From the IMG/VR virus record IMGVR_UViG_3300021962_000022: a stretch of DNA of 64,000 nt; one strand, given 5' to 3'. The notes below the pieces were generated by a model, which saw nothing but the letters and a program-made list of their open reading frames with translations, was not told where the DNA came from and did not search any database. The translations under genes and the position numbers were made by a program. Below, one piece after another: positions 28,983 through 38,199 of the stretch; positions within the stretch are counted from its first letter, which is position 1; each line of letters opens with the position of its first letter. The stretch is from a virus. Taxonomy: Duplodnaviria > Caudoviricetes.

Positions 28983-29921
28983 CTAATCTAATTTAAATTC
29001 TTGATATACTTCTAAATTACCTTGTAAATCTGCGATGTCCTTGTCCTTTGGAAGTTTGACAATATTGACCCGACCTAATAGTTTACCACAATTAAGTCGA
29101 TGGTATAGTTTTTCGGCGTCATCCCACGCATCACCATCCAAAACGATTGTTAGTTCACACCTTAAGTCATAAATTTTGTTGAAAAGTAAATCACTTATGT
29201 ATTTACCTAACATTGGTATTGAGTTATCTAAAAATATTGAGTCAAAAGCACCCTCTACTAAATAAATTTTCTTACTCCAATCAATCAAACTCTCATTAAA
29301 AATTATGGTCTCTTTTTGAATATCGGGATTTTTATATTTTAACTTGGTTTTGGATAAAAATGAACGAGCGACAAAATAATTGATTTGTCTCCATTCATTG
29401 TAAGAAGGAATAATAATTCTATTTTCATACGGTCCACTAAACGCAAATCCTATGTTGTATTTTCTTATAATTTTATCGGTAACATTCCGTTTTTTAAGAT
29501 AATACATCGCTTGTCTATATTGGGGGAGTAGTTTTACACCTTCACTCACATTGTTCAGTGGAATAAATTCCTTTGGTAACTCAACTTGTTTGTATTGTTT
29601 GACGGCTAACTCAACCTCATCAGGTTTTAAGAGTTCGTATCTTTTCAAGTGTTTCTCGTTTCCATACTTTTTTATCAGTTTGTAAACCGACCCGTGTGTG
29701 TTGTACATTTCTGAACAAGACCAACACTTATAAACCAACATCTTATAATTGATTTCTAAATTACCTTTACCATCACCGTGGTCTAATCCCTTAATTTCGT
29801 AGGAACATACGGGACAATCAAAAGCCAATTGACCTTTGTAATCATTGTGCATTCTACAATCACCAAGAATATCTTCGAGGATGTCTATTATAGGTTTATA
29901 TTCTACAGCAAGTGATGACAT
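28983..29921 (-). CDS. DNA primase (Zn finger + TOPRIM)
   Basis: CPVC...CWSC zinc finger, RIIIP, KYKNP, VEGAFD, LDGD; start moved to ATG 29921 because the upstream extension runs through a terminator hairpin. Confidence 0.88.
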   Translation of the reverse strand: MSSLAVEYKPIIDILEDILGDCRMHNDYKGQLAFDCPVCSYEIKGLDHGDGKGNLEINYKMLVYKCWSCSEMYNTHGSVYKLIKKYGNEKHLKRYELLKPDEVELAVKQYKQVELPKEFIPLNNVSEGVKLLPQYRQAMYYLKKRNVTDKIIRKYNIGFAFSGPYENRIIIPSYNEWRQINYFVARSFLSKTKLKYKNPDIQKETIIFNESLIDWSKKIYLVEGAFDSIFLDNSIPMLGKYISDLLFNKIYDLRCELTIVLDGDAWDDAEKLYHRLNCGKLLGRVNIVKLPKDKDIADLQGNLEVYQEFKLD

Positions 29922-29926
29922 AGATA

Positions 29927-29955
29927 AAGTATACGAAATAAAAGTTAAAAAAACA
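29927..29955 (-). promoter_or_regulatory. Sigma70-like promoter of primase
   Basis: TTGTTT-N17-TATACT on the minus strand, ending 7 nt before the ATG. Confidence 0.6.
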
Positions 29956-29964
29956 AAATGGCAT

Positions 29965-30002
29965 AAAAAAGGTGGGGGTTGTACACCATAACCACCCACC
30001 TT
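29965..30002 (-). terminator. Intrinsic terminator
   Basis: Minus strand AAGGTGGG-T-GGTT..loop..AACC-CCCACCTT followed by a T-run. Confidence 0.75.
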
Positions 30003-30055
30003 ATGTCAGAATACAAATGCTATTTTGACACTACTATTTATTGAATGAAATTCTT
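29965..30055 (-). ncRNA. Candidate ~90-nt structured small RNA between ruvC and primase
   Basis: Own promoter motif (TATACT at 30062-30067), internal hairpin TGTCA-A-AATA-gcatttg-TATT-C-TGACA (30004-30030), terminator; no plausible ORF. Confidence 0.45.
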
Positions 30056-30091
30056 ATTCAAAGTATAAGAAAACTTTTTTAAAAAACAAAA

Positions 30092-30700
30092 TCAACTCTT
30101 TTGATTTTCGTTTTGCATGTTGACAAAACCAATTACCGCGGTTGCGGCATCACTCATGTCATAATTTTCTTTTTTCAATTGTCCATTTTTACCATACAAC
30201 CATTTAACTTCGGGACATACCGTGTTTACGTTCTCCCAAATTATATGTTTTTTGTCGATGTCTTTTGGTAATCCACCAAAGAGTACATTTTTACCTTTGT
30301 CGTTTTTACCAACTAAACTTGGAAAAGCGTACTTCCTGGCATTGTATGTACTAATAAATGTTGGTACAAGACCCAAAATCTCATAACAAGATTTTAAAAT
30401 CATTGTATTGTACCTTAATAAGGTACCAACGGTGTAAATGTTATTTGAATTTAGAAGTGGTTCTTCGATAACTACTCTAGTGATACCCACGTCTTTGTAA
30501 TCCTCTAAGTGTTTTTTGAAGGCCTCGGCTTTCTTCAAGAGTTCTTCAATTTTATCCTCAGGTTGTGGTTTTATTTTAGGTGAGAAATGTGTCAATTCTA
30601 AAAGTTTAGAAGAATTAACATCAAAAAGCGCCCATCCGATGGTCTTAGTTGAAATGTCTAACCCCAAAATTTTGGGTGCATTCTTAAATTTTGTACTCAT
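30092..30700 (-). CDS. Holliday junction resolvase, RuvC-like
   Basis: ILGLDISTKTIGW, VVIEEP, DMSDA acidic catalytic residues. Confidence 0.85.
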   Translation of the reverse strand: MSTKFKNAPKILGLDISTKTIGWALFDVNSSKLLELTHFSPKIKPQPEDKIEELLKKAEAFKKHLEDYKDVGITRVVIEEPLLNSNNIYTVGTLLRYNTMILKSCYEILGLVPTFISTYNARKYAFPSLVGKNDKGKNVLFGGLPKDIDKKHIIWENVNTVCPEVKWLYGKNGQLKKENYDMSDAATAVIGFVNMQNENQKS

Positions 30701-30739
30701 ATAAAAATATATACGAGATATTCTTTGAATTGTAAAGCC

Positions 30740-32890
30740 TTAAAAATCTATTTTGACTGCAAACACTTGAGTTCCGCTTCTTTTTACAGGATTTGCGGTT
30801 TTACCAATAGCAAGAACTTCTTTATTCTCATTCAATAAAGCTACCTCGGTAATTCTCTTATCTTGTCCTGTGGTATATGTAGGGTTCTGTGTCACATTAA
30901 ATTGACTAGCCGGTAAGTTGACCAAGAAATTCATTTTTTCAATGTCCATGGCTCTAACTAATTTAATACTACCAGGGAATGGTTGTTCGTCACCAAACTG
31001 TGGTGATGTCGATGGTTGGTTTGGAATATCTCCGATATATGATTCTAAGTCAAATATTGTAGTATCATTATCGTACATGTCAAATGTCACTTGGAAAGAA
31101 TAATCAACCAAATTTGATGGGTTAATTATGTTACCTACAGTGTGATTAGGTATGTACGATGTCATGTTCAATAACTTCCATAGATTTGGTTCAGGTAAAT
31201 CTCCGTAATTGGTTATTTGTATTAATAATTGAAATTGATTTGCAATGAATCCATTACTAAAATTACAAGTACTACCTGTTACCATGTTACCAAAATATCC
31301 GTTGGCGAACTTAACATAAAGTTGACACGGTGTTGTAAAGTAGGTACTACCTGTTGTTGTTTCAAATTTGGTGTAGTAGTTACATGGTAATCCATTCATT
31401 TGAGTACCACCCGTATAGTTTAACATATATGTTAACCATATTGTCTGTTCTGTTGAACCACTGTAAAATGACTGTGCTGCGGGTAAATCACTCGGTAATA
31501 GATTAATTTTAGGTGATGGTAAGGTATATTTTCTATTTGATTTATAGTCCATTACTGCAACCAATTCTTGGTCGTCGATTACGATTGTTTTATTGTTTAC
31601 AAATACTTTACCAACGTTATTACCAAATTCGTCTAATAGATATCTAAACTTCACCTTTTGGTATGCGTTTTTCTTTGAACTAACAAAATAATCAACGGTA
31701 TCCATGGTAAGTAACGCACCAATGGTTGTACCTGTGTTTCTATGATATTGTATAAATGGAATATAAACTTCGAAGTACTCTAAATCAGTAATTGAGTTAC
31801 CAAGAGAGTCTTCTAATAACGCTTGTGATTCCACGTTATTTGTACTCAAATAATCATCGTATTTATAAAACCTTTCGGGGTCATTCTTCAAATCACCTAA
31901 CTCAGAATAGTGAATCACGGCGATACATCTTTGTTCCTCAGGTGTAACATTAATTAATTCGTTGTATGAATTACGATAAGCCGTGGGGTTATCAATTGTG
32001 GTACCCGTACTTGTTGTAAACGTTTGACCACTTGATGTAGTATAACCTAAAAATTGTTTAGTTGAAACGTGTTTATTTGAAGTAAATCCGGTTATGTTCT
32101 CATCTAAACCGTTAACATCAAACCCTATTGGTTTCATCCCCCAAACCACATTCATTGTCCATGAATTCAATTGTTGTGATGGGTCGATTTCCGCTGCTTG
32201 ACAATTTGGATTGTATGTAACAGATACGGGATATTCATTTTCACATGAATTACATACTACTTGAGCGGGACCTGTACATCCTGAAAAATTTGGTGTATTT
32301 CTATCTAAATAAAGTGTGTTACCAGTAACACCTGTAATTTTATAAACTAAACTATTTGTTTCACCTGTAATTACAGGGTGATTAGGGTCGTTACCACAAA
32401 AAGTACCAAAAACTATTGTAATAAATTCACAATCATTAAAACTTGAACCTGTCAATACTGTGACACTATTGTCGCCCGTCATCGCAGATAATGATATTTG
32501 TTGTGTTTCACACTCGACAGTGGTTCCTTCACAAACACTACCATCATATTCAATATATTCAGTAACAAATCCAGCGGGACCCATTACGTTTCTTAAAGTG
32601 TCTGTTGTTGATGATTGAATTGGAATACCGTAAACAGTAGAACCTGTGTTACTACTATCCAATTTGTATGGATATTTTATACCACCCTCTCTATCAAATG
32701 GTGCAAATACCATTTGGAATGGTTGTGAATCTAATCCTGTGAAATTGTCAAAAGGTGATGTGTAATCAAATTCAGAATCCCCAATTTGGAAATAGGCAAT
32801 ATTAAAACTACCCTTGGCGATAGAATTTCTACCCTTTTGGGTTATTCTAACCGATAAAAATTCCGAATTGTTATTACTTAAAAAGCTCAT
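30740..32890 (-). CDS. Virion structural protein (baseplate/tail-associated)
   Basis: C-terminal ITEVALLNENKEVLAIGK...P..R motif seen in tail/baseplate proteins; beta-rich; preceded by TATTTAT. Confidence 0.55.
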   Translation of the reverse strand: MSFLSNNNSEFLSVRITQKGRNSIAKGSFNIAYFQIGDSEFDYTSPFDNFTGLDSQPFQMVFAPFDREGGIKYPYKLDSSNTGSTVYGIPIQSSTTDTLRNVMGPAGFVTEYIEYDGSVCEGTTVECETQQISLSAMTGDNSVTVLTGSSFNDCEFITIVFGTFCGNDPNHPVITGETNSLVYKITGVTGNTLYLDRNTPNFSGCTGPAQVVCNSCENEYPVSVTYNPNCQAAEIDPSQQLNSWTMNVVWGMKPIGFDVNGLDENITGFTSNKHVSTKQFLGYTTSSGQTFTTSTGTTIDNPTAYRNSYNELINVTPEEQRCIAVIHYSELGDLKNDPERFYKYDDYLSTNNVESQALLEDSLGNSITDLEYFEVYIPFIQYHRNTGTTIGALLTMDTVDYFVSSKKNAYQKVKFRYLLDEFGNNVGKVFVNNKTIVIDDQELVAVMDYKSNRKYTLPSPKINLLPSDLPAAQSFYSGSTEQTIWLTYMLNYTGGTQMNGLPCNYYTKFETTTGSTYFTTPCQLYVKFANGYFGNMVTGSTCNFSNGFIANQFQLLIQITNYGDLPEPNLWKLLNMTSYIPNHTVGNIINPSNLVDYSFQVTFDMYDNDTTIFDLESYIGDIPNQPSTSPQFGDEQPFPGSIKLVRAMDIEKMNFLVNLPASQFNVTQNPTYTTGQDKRITEVALLNENKEVLAIGKTANPVKRSGTQVFAVKIDF

Positions 32891-32925
32891 AGTTTATATT
32901 ATAAATATTTTATTAACATTTTTTA

Positions 32926-35214
32926 TTAAGGACAACTACCATAAGTTATTGTGTAATCAGCAATCCCTGGTGGTGGTGTTGATGCGTCCGCCCATTGAAC
33001 CGAGGTTATCGTACCACAAACACACCCACTATTACCTTGTACTATGTTTAAAGTTGTTGGTGAACCATTACAATCCGTATAGAAAACTCTTATAGTTGAA
33101 GAACCATTTGGGTTACCGGATGTAATATTATTTACACCGTTACATTCACACGGTGGAGTTGAACTTGGGGTGGGTGTAACCGTTCTTGTTGGTGTAACAG
33201 AACTTGTTGGTGTAACTGATGAGGTTATAGATGGGGTTACGGAACTTGTTATGGTTACAGTTGGAGTTATAGTTGGGGTTACACTCGGAGATACTCCCAT
33301 TGTTGAAGATGGTGTAACAGAATTAGTAGGTGTGGCTGTAATAGATGGAGTCACCGATGGAGTTGCACCCATTGTTGAAGATGGTGTTAACGAAGGTGTT
33401 CTTGACGGTGTAATTGTAATAGACGGTGTGACAGAAGGAGTTACGCTCGGAGTTGGGGTTGGGCTACCCGGAACACTTTCGCAACATTCATCTAAATTTA
33501 TTCTAAACACTTGTTCACAACATCCCTCACAGACTAATCTCACATACATTTCCATCAATGTCGCCGTTATACCTGTAATTTCACAAACATCACCTGTGGT
33601 CATTCCTGTACATGATGTAACTCCTGTTATGTTGGTAGAAGTCAATCCTGTATAGACCGAACAATTAGTATAATTTGAACCCGAATTAAATGATATTTTG
33701 ATTGCCTTCGGCGTTACCGTATCATTCACACAAGGACTTCCACTTGTTGATGACGGTGTTGGGGTAATTGTAACAGTTGGGGTGATGGATGGGGTGATTG
33801 TAACCGAAGGTGTTACAGAACTAGTGACAGATGGTGTAACACTTGGAGTCGTATTTGATGTTTGTGATGGAGTTGGGGTTAGTGAAGATGTTGGTGTAAC
33901 GCTCGGTGTAACACTTGGGGTTGTGTTTGATGTAACCGAAGGTGTAACAGTTGAAGTGATAGATGGTGTGACTGAATTTGTTGGTGTGACACTTGGGGTA
34001 ACTGATGAACTAACCGAAGGTGTTGTCGAATTTGTTGGTGTAACACTTGGGGTAACTGATGAACTAACCGAAGGTGTTGTCGAATTTGTTGGTGTAACAC
34101 TTGGGGTAGTGGATGGTGTGACTGAATTTGTTGGTGTGACACTTGGGGTAACTGATGAACTAACCGAAGGTGTTGTCGAATTTGTTGGTGTAACACTTGG
34201 GGTAGTGGATGGTGTGACACTTGGAGTTGGACTAGCCGATATTGAATCACAATTTTGATTGTCCGCACATCCACCATTCGCATAAACAAAAATATCTGAT
34301 GGGTCACTGAATGTAATTGTTTGGTTATCAAAACACACACACTGATATACAGTACCCAATGGTGGTATAACACCTGAAGTTTGAAATAGGTTATAACAAT
34401 CGGTGTATGAATATGTAACAGTATTACCGTTTAGACTTACAATTTGTTTACATACACAGTCAGTACACAAAACTTGGGGTGATGGGGTAGGTGTGGGTGT
34501 TTTTGTTGGTGTAACAGAACTTGTAACCGAAGGTGTTACAGAACTAGTGACAGATGGTGTAACACTTGGAGTCGTATTTGATGTTTGTGATGGGGTTGGT
34601 GACGGGGTTGAGGTAACTGACGGTGTGACGGTGGGTGTTGGTGAGACAAACGACGAATCACAACATAGTGTATTTGAAAATACACTACTAGTTGTTACCG
34701 AACTTTGGATACCACCAATTAAAATATATAGGTTGGCACTACCTGTTAAATCCCTATTACAATTGTAACTGCTATAGGTACCGGCTGTGGAAATACTTTC
34801 ATCAAGGAAAGTTCCCGACGGACATCCATAATAAGTTAAATGTACGGCATCATCATCCGAATCATTAATATCTTGTTGACCAATGATTAAATCAAAAAAT
34901 GTACAATTACATTGTGGAGTTGCGGATGGTGTAGGTGTGGGACTTGTTTCTGGAAAACAGTTCTCAGTTGATGTTACTTGACCCGGCGGTGTTCCGTTAA
35001 CAATAAAAACCGTATTTGGATTTCCCGAAACAACTATGAACCAACCGAGATTCACAGGATTGGTACATGAACTATCTGTATAAATTATGTCCCCAACACT
35101 TAAATTACCACTGGCATTAACATCATCATAATAAAAGATATCTTGAGCGGGAGTGGCACAAACGGCGTTTTTACTAACAAAACTATATTTTAAAACTATG
35201 GCGGTACAGGACAT
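32926..35214 (-). CDS. Thr/Pro/Ser-repeat virion protein with Cys-rich modules
   Basis: Four TPS(V/T) linkers separating small Cys-containing domains. Confidence 0.7.
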   Translation of the reverse strand: MSCTAIVLKYSFVSKNAVCATPAQDIFYYDDVNASGNLSVGDIIYTDSSCTNPVNLGWFIVVSGNPNTVFIVNGTPPGQVTSTENCFPETSPTPTPSATPQCNCTFFDLIIGQQDINDSDDDAVHLTYYGCPSGTFLDESISTAGTYSSYNCNRDLTGSANLYILIGGIQSSVTTSSVFSNTLCCDSSFVSPTPTVTPSVTSTPSPTPSQTSNTTPSVTPSVTSSVTPSVTSSVTPTKTPTPTPSPQVLCTDCVCKQIVSLNGNTVTYSYTDCYNLFQTSGVIPPLGTVYQCVCFDNQTITFSDPSDIFVYANGGCADNQNCDSISASPTPSVTPSTTPSVTPTNSTTPSVSSSVTPSVTPTNSVTPSTTPSVTPTNSTTPSVSSSVTPSVTPTNSTTPSVSSSVTPSVTPTNSVTPSITSTVTPSVTSNTTPSVTPSVTPTSSLTPTPSQTSNTTPSVTPSVTSSVTPSVTITPSITPTVTITPTPSSTSGSPCVNDTVTPKAIKISFNSGSNYTNCSVYTGLTSTNITGVTSCTGMTTGDVCEITGITATLMEMYVRLVCEGCCEQVFRINLDECCESVPGSPTPTPSVTPSVTPSITITPSRTPSLTPSSTMGATPSVTPSITATPTNSVTPSSTMGVSPSVTPTITPTVTITSSVTPSITSSVTPTSSVTPTRTVTPTPSSTPPCECNGVNNITSGNPNGSSTIRVFYTDCNGSPTTLNIVQGNSGCVCGTITSVQWADASTPPPGIADYTITYGSCP

Positions 35215-35225
35215 ATCTTATATCA

Positions 35226-35576
35226 TTAATTTAATTGTACAACATTAACCCCAAAAGAACATGGATAGTAACAATCACTACATCTCAAATCGACGAGAGC
35301 TAATTGATAACCTCCTTGTAATTTTGTTGCGGGTTGTGGTACTGAGCTTATGTGTCCGTCACAGTGTTCTACAAATACGAACATTTGTGGAATCGTACTT
35401 AATAGATTTATATTAAATGTATATCCTGAGGATAATGAAATTAAACTTATGTTACCATTGAGATATCCAGCATCATCAATATTGTGAGTTAACCCCGTGT
35501 AGATATAGTATCCACTACAAGGAGTTTGACCTGAAAAATTTGATATTGTTATTTGATACTGTTTTAATGATGGCAT
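35226..35576 (-). CDS. Small structural protein
   Basis: 116 aa, Cys-containing, preceded by TATTTAT. Confidence 0.55.
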   Translation of the reverse strand: MPSLKQYQITISNFSGQTPCSGYYIYTGLTHNIDDAGYLNGNISLISLSSGYTFNINLLSTIPQMFVFVEHCDGHISSVPQPATKLQGGYQLALVDLRCSDCYYPCSFGVNVVQLN

Positions 35577-35618
35577 ATTTCATAAATATAAAAAATCATA
35601 TTTTATAATAAAGTATTT

Positions 35619-36326
35619 TTAACAACCCATTCCCTCAGTGTAAGGATTACCGTCCACTATACCACTCGTAGCGTAGTAAACAGAACCACCATATTTGAAG
35701 TATCCATTATATGGTGTTGTTAAACTTTGGTTAGTATAAATGGCGCCCGAAACTGATGGGAATTCACCAACCGAACAACTAGTGTATACCGTTATTAATC
35801 CACCAGAACATGTTATTACACCCGGACAAGAACATTGTTGTATTGACCAAGAATTAAATAAACATGATGGTGTTGGGGTTGGGGTTAAAGTTCTTGTTGG
35901 TGTTGGGGTTGGGGTTAAAGTTCTTGTTGGTGTTGGGGTTGGTGTTGGTGTTTTTGATGGTGTAGGAGATGGTGGTGGTGGTGTTGCACTCGGTGTAACA
36001 GATGGGGTCACACTTGGTGTCGGACTTGGACTAACACAAACTGTTTGTACATCGAAACACATTGTGTCATAACATGGGAATGCTTTACTATCGTGAGTAT
36101 AGATATTTTTAATAATATATCTTCCCGTAGTTTCATCAGTCATTTTAATCCAATATTGGGTATCAAAAGACAAACCACTAATCGTTATATTATTTACAGT
36201 TAATCCTGTGTTTAATAAAGTGAAAGACGAATCAATAGTTTCAGGATACGGCGATTCACCAGATTTATATCGAATGGAAAAACTACCGTCCGAAACAATG
36301 TTATATATTTTTACATTTAATCCCAT
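35619..36326 (-). CDS. Structural protein with TPTP linker
   Basis: N-terminal beta domain (FN3-like spacing: [11 protein letters not shown]), TPTPTRTL repeats, C-terminal Cys/Tyr module. Confidence 0.6.
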   Translation of the reverse strand: MGLNVKIYNIVSDGSFSIRYKSGESPYPETIDSSFTLLNTGLTVNNITISGLSFDTQYWIKMTDETTGRYIIKNIYTHDSKAFPCYDTMCFDVQTVCVSPSPTPSVTPSVTPSATPPPPSPTPSKTPTPTPTPTRTLTPTPTPTRTLTPTPTPSCLFNSWSIQQCSCPGVITCSGGLITVYTSCSVGEFPSVSGAIYTNQSLTTPYNGYFKYGGSVYYATSGIVDGNPYTEGMGC

Positions 36327-36328
36327 TA

Positions 36329-38155
36329 TTATGTCGTTACATCAGAAGTTATATAAATTATTAATGATGTTGTACTGTTAGGTATCAAATATGTATCATT
36401 TATTGAACCTGTACCACAACTTGATTCGGTGTTTGTTTGAACTGTAACTCCGTTTCTAACTATAGAATATCCAACGACGCTACATCCATAACCTAAAGCG
36501 GTACAACCTGAAGTTATACCTAAAGCATCCATACTTAAATCAATTAAATCGCCAACATGTGCTGTTGTTGTACCACTATATGTACTAACAGGGAATGGTG
36601 TGTTCCAAGTATAAAAAGTAGTTCCATTTTTTTGAATATTACCAAAAGTTCTTGAACATGAATTCAATTTTTGATGTTGGTAAATCAAGGATATTGTAAT
36701 TGAACTTGGGGTTGGTGATGGTGTAATAGATATCGATGGTGTTCGTGTGATAGATGGTGTAACAGAAGTAGTTGGTGTAACCGATTGTGTAACGTTTGGT
36801 AAAGATGAACTTGGTGTTGGTGTGATAGATGGTGTTCTTGTGGGTGTTGATGAACGTGTGGGTGTAATTGATGGTGTTATGGTTGGTGTTTTTGTTGGAG
36901 TTGGGGTCTTGGTTACGGTTGGTGTTGGTGTTTTTGATGGTGTAGGAGATGGTGATGGTTGAGGTATCGGAGTTGCAACAAGATATTCAACCGAATTAGT
37001 ACACGAACCAACACTTTGTATCGTTCCGCCTGTTATTGAGTAACAAACCAATGTGGTATAACCTGATATTAATTGAGTATTTGTTACACCAGTTGCAATT
37101 GTAACAATTGTTCCACCTGTTGTGGTTCCCGAAATGTTATATGGTCCCGCTTGATTTAAAAAATAAATTTCTTGTAATGTGAATGTATATTGTGTACATC
37201 CACTTGGTATTGTTGATGGGGACGGGGTTACTGACATTGTTGGAGTCAGTGAAGGTGTAATCGAACTTGTTGGAGTAACACTTGGGGTTACTGAACTTGT
37301 TGGTGTCACAGTTGGTGTAACCGATGGTGTTGAACCCATGGTTGATGAGGGTGTGGGCGTAATTGATGGTGTTATGGTTGGTGTTTTTGTTGGAGTTGGG
37401 GTCTTGGTTACGGTTGGTGTTGGTGTTTTTGATGGTGTAGCCGTAACACTTGGTGTGGATGTCATTGTAGGTGTTACTGTTGGTGTAACACTTGGACACA
37501 CCGGAGAACAAATTTGACCTGAAAAAATCGCAATACCACTATATGGGTATGCTGTATTAACACAGACACCTGATGGGAATAATGAACCACTTTGATATGT
37601 TCCACAACAATCGGTATAATACCAAGATGGACCATCTGTAACACCCGATATACAAACAGGTGTTGGTGTTGGGGTTATAGATGGTGTTGGTGTAGGTGTC
37701 GGACTTGGTCCCGCTTGACAAGTGGGGCAATCAAGATGAAATAACCCGTTATTTTTTAATGTTTGAACGGTAAATGCGGGAATTGTATTTCCCGTACCCG
37801 CGGTATAAACAGGTGTGAATGTGTGACACTCTTCAGAATAGGATATTGTTGCACCTGTGGTATAAAAATATTCATAAATTTCTGAGTTGGGGAAAGAAAA
37901 TTGTTGGTCAGCACCCATCGGGTCACAATTGTCAAAATCCCAAGTATTGTATGTACTATTACATTGACTACATCCTGTATATCCTGAAAAAATAACAATA
38001 CCAGTAGGTCCTGCTCCAACATTACCTGTGGATTCCCAACATTGGTAATCCGCAAAAATGGTGTGTCCCGATAAAACAACACTATCGTTAACTATAAAGT
38101 CTTGATAAGTCGAAGGATTTGAACAAAGTTGGAAGGTTATTATTTGAACAGCCAT
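36329..38155 (-). CDS. Thr/Pro/Ser-repeat virion protein with Cys-rich modules
   Basis: Two tandem N-terminal C...CxxC modules, three TP-rich linkers, beta-rich C-terminal domain; preceded by TATTTAT. Confidence 0.7.
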   Translation of the reverse strand: MAVQIITFQLCSNPSTYQDFIVNDSVVLSGHTIFADYQCWESTGNVGAGPTGIVIFSGYTGCSQCNSTYNTWDFDNCDPMGADQQFSFPNSEIYEYFYTTGATISYSEECHTFTPVYTAGTGNTIPAFTVQTLKNNGLFHLDCPTCQAGPSPTPTPTPSITPTPTPVCISGVTDGPSWYYTDCCGTYQSGSLFPSGVCVNTAYPYSGIAIFSGQICSPVCPSVTPTVTPTMTSTPSVTATPSKTPTPTVTKTPTPTKTPTITPSITPTPSSTMGSTPSVTPTVTPTSSVTPSVTPTSSITPSLTPTMSVTPSPSTIPSGCTQYTFTLQEIYFLNQAGPYNISGTTTGGTIVTIATGVTNTQLISGYTTLVCYSITGGTIQSVGSCTNSVEYLVATPIPQPSPSPTPSKTPTPTVTKTPTPTKTPTITPSITPTRSSTPTRTPSITPTPSSSLPNVTQSVTPTTSVTPSITRTPSISITPSPTPSSITISLIYQHQKLNSCSRTFGNIQKNGTTFYTWNTPFPVSTYSGTTTAHVGDLIDLSMDALGITSGCTALGYGCSVVGYSIVRNGVTVQTNTESSCGTGSINDTYLIPNSTTSLIIYITSDVTT

Positions 38156-38199
38156 TTATTAATTTTCTATCTATAAATACTTAAACCATTATTTTATTT

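Noticed and set aside
29922-29999. N-terminal extension of primase given in the ORF track (MGGYGVQPPP...)
   Set aside because: It starts inside a terminator hairpin and crosses the primase promoter; ATG 29921 is the better start
30025-30030. TTGACA on the plus strand as a -35 element
   Set aside because: No downstream plus-strand gene or good -10; the bases form one arm of the 30004-30030 hairpin
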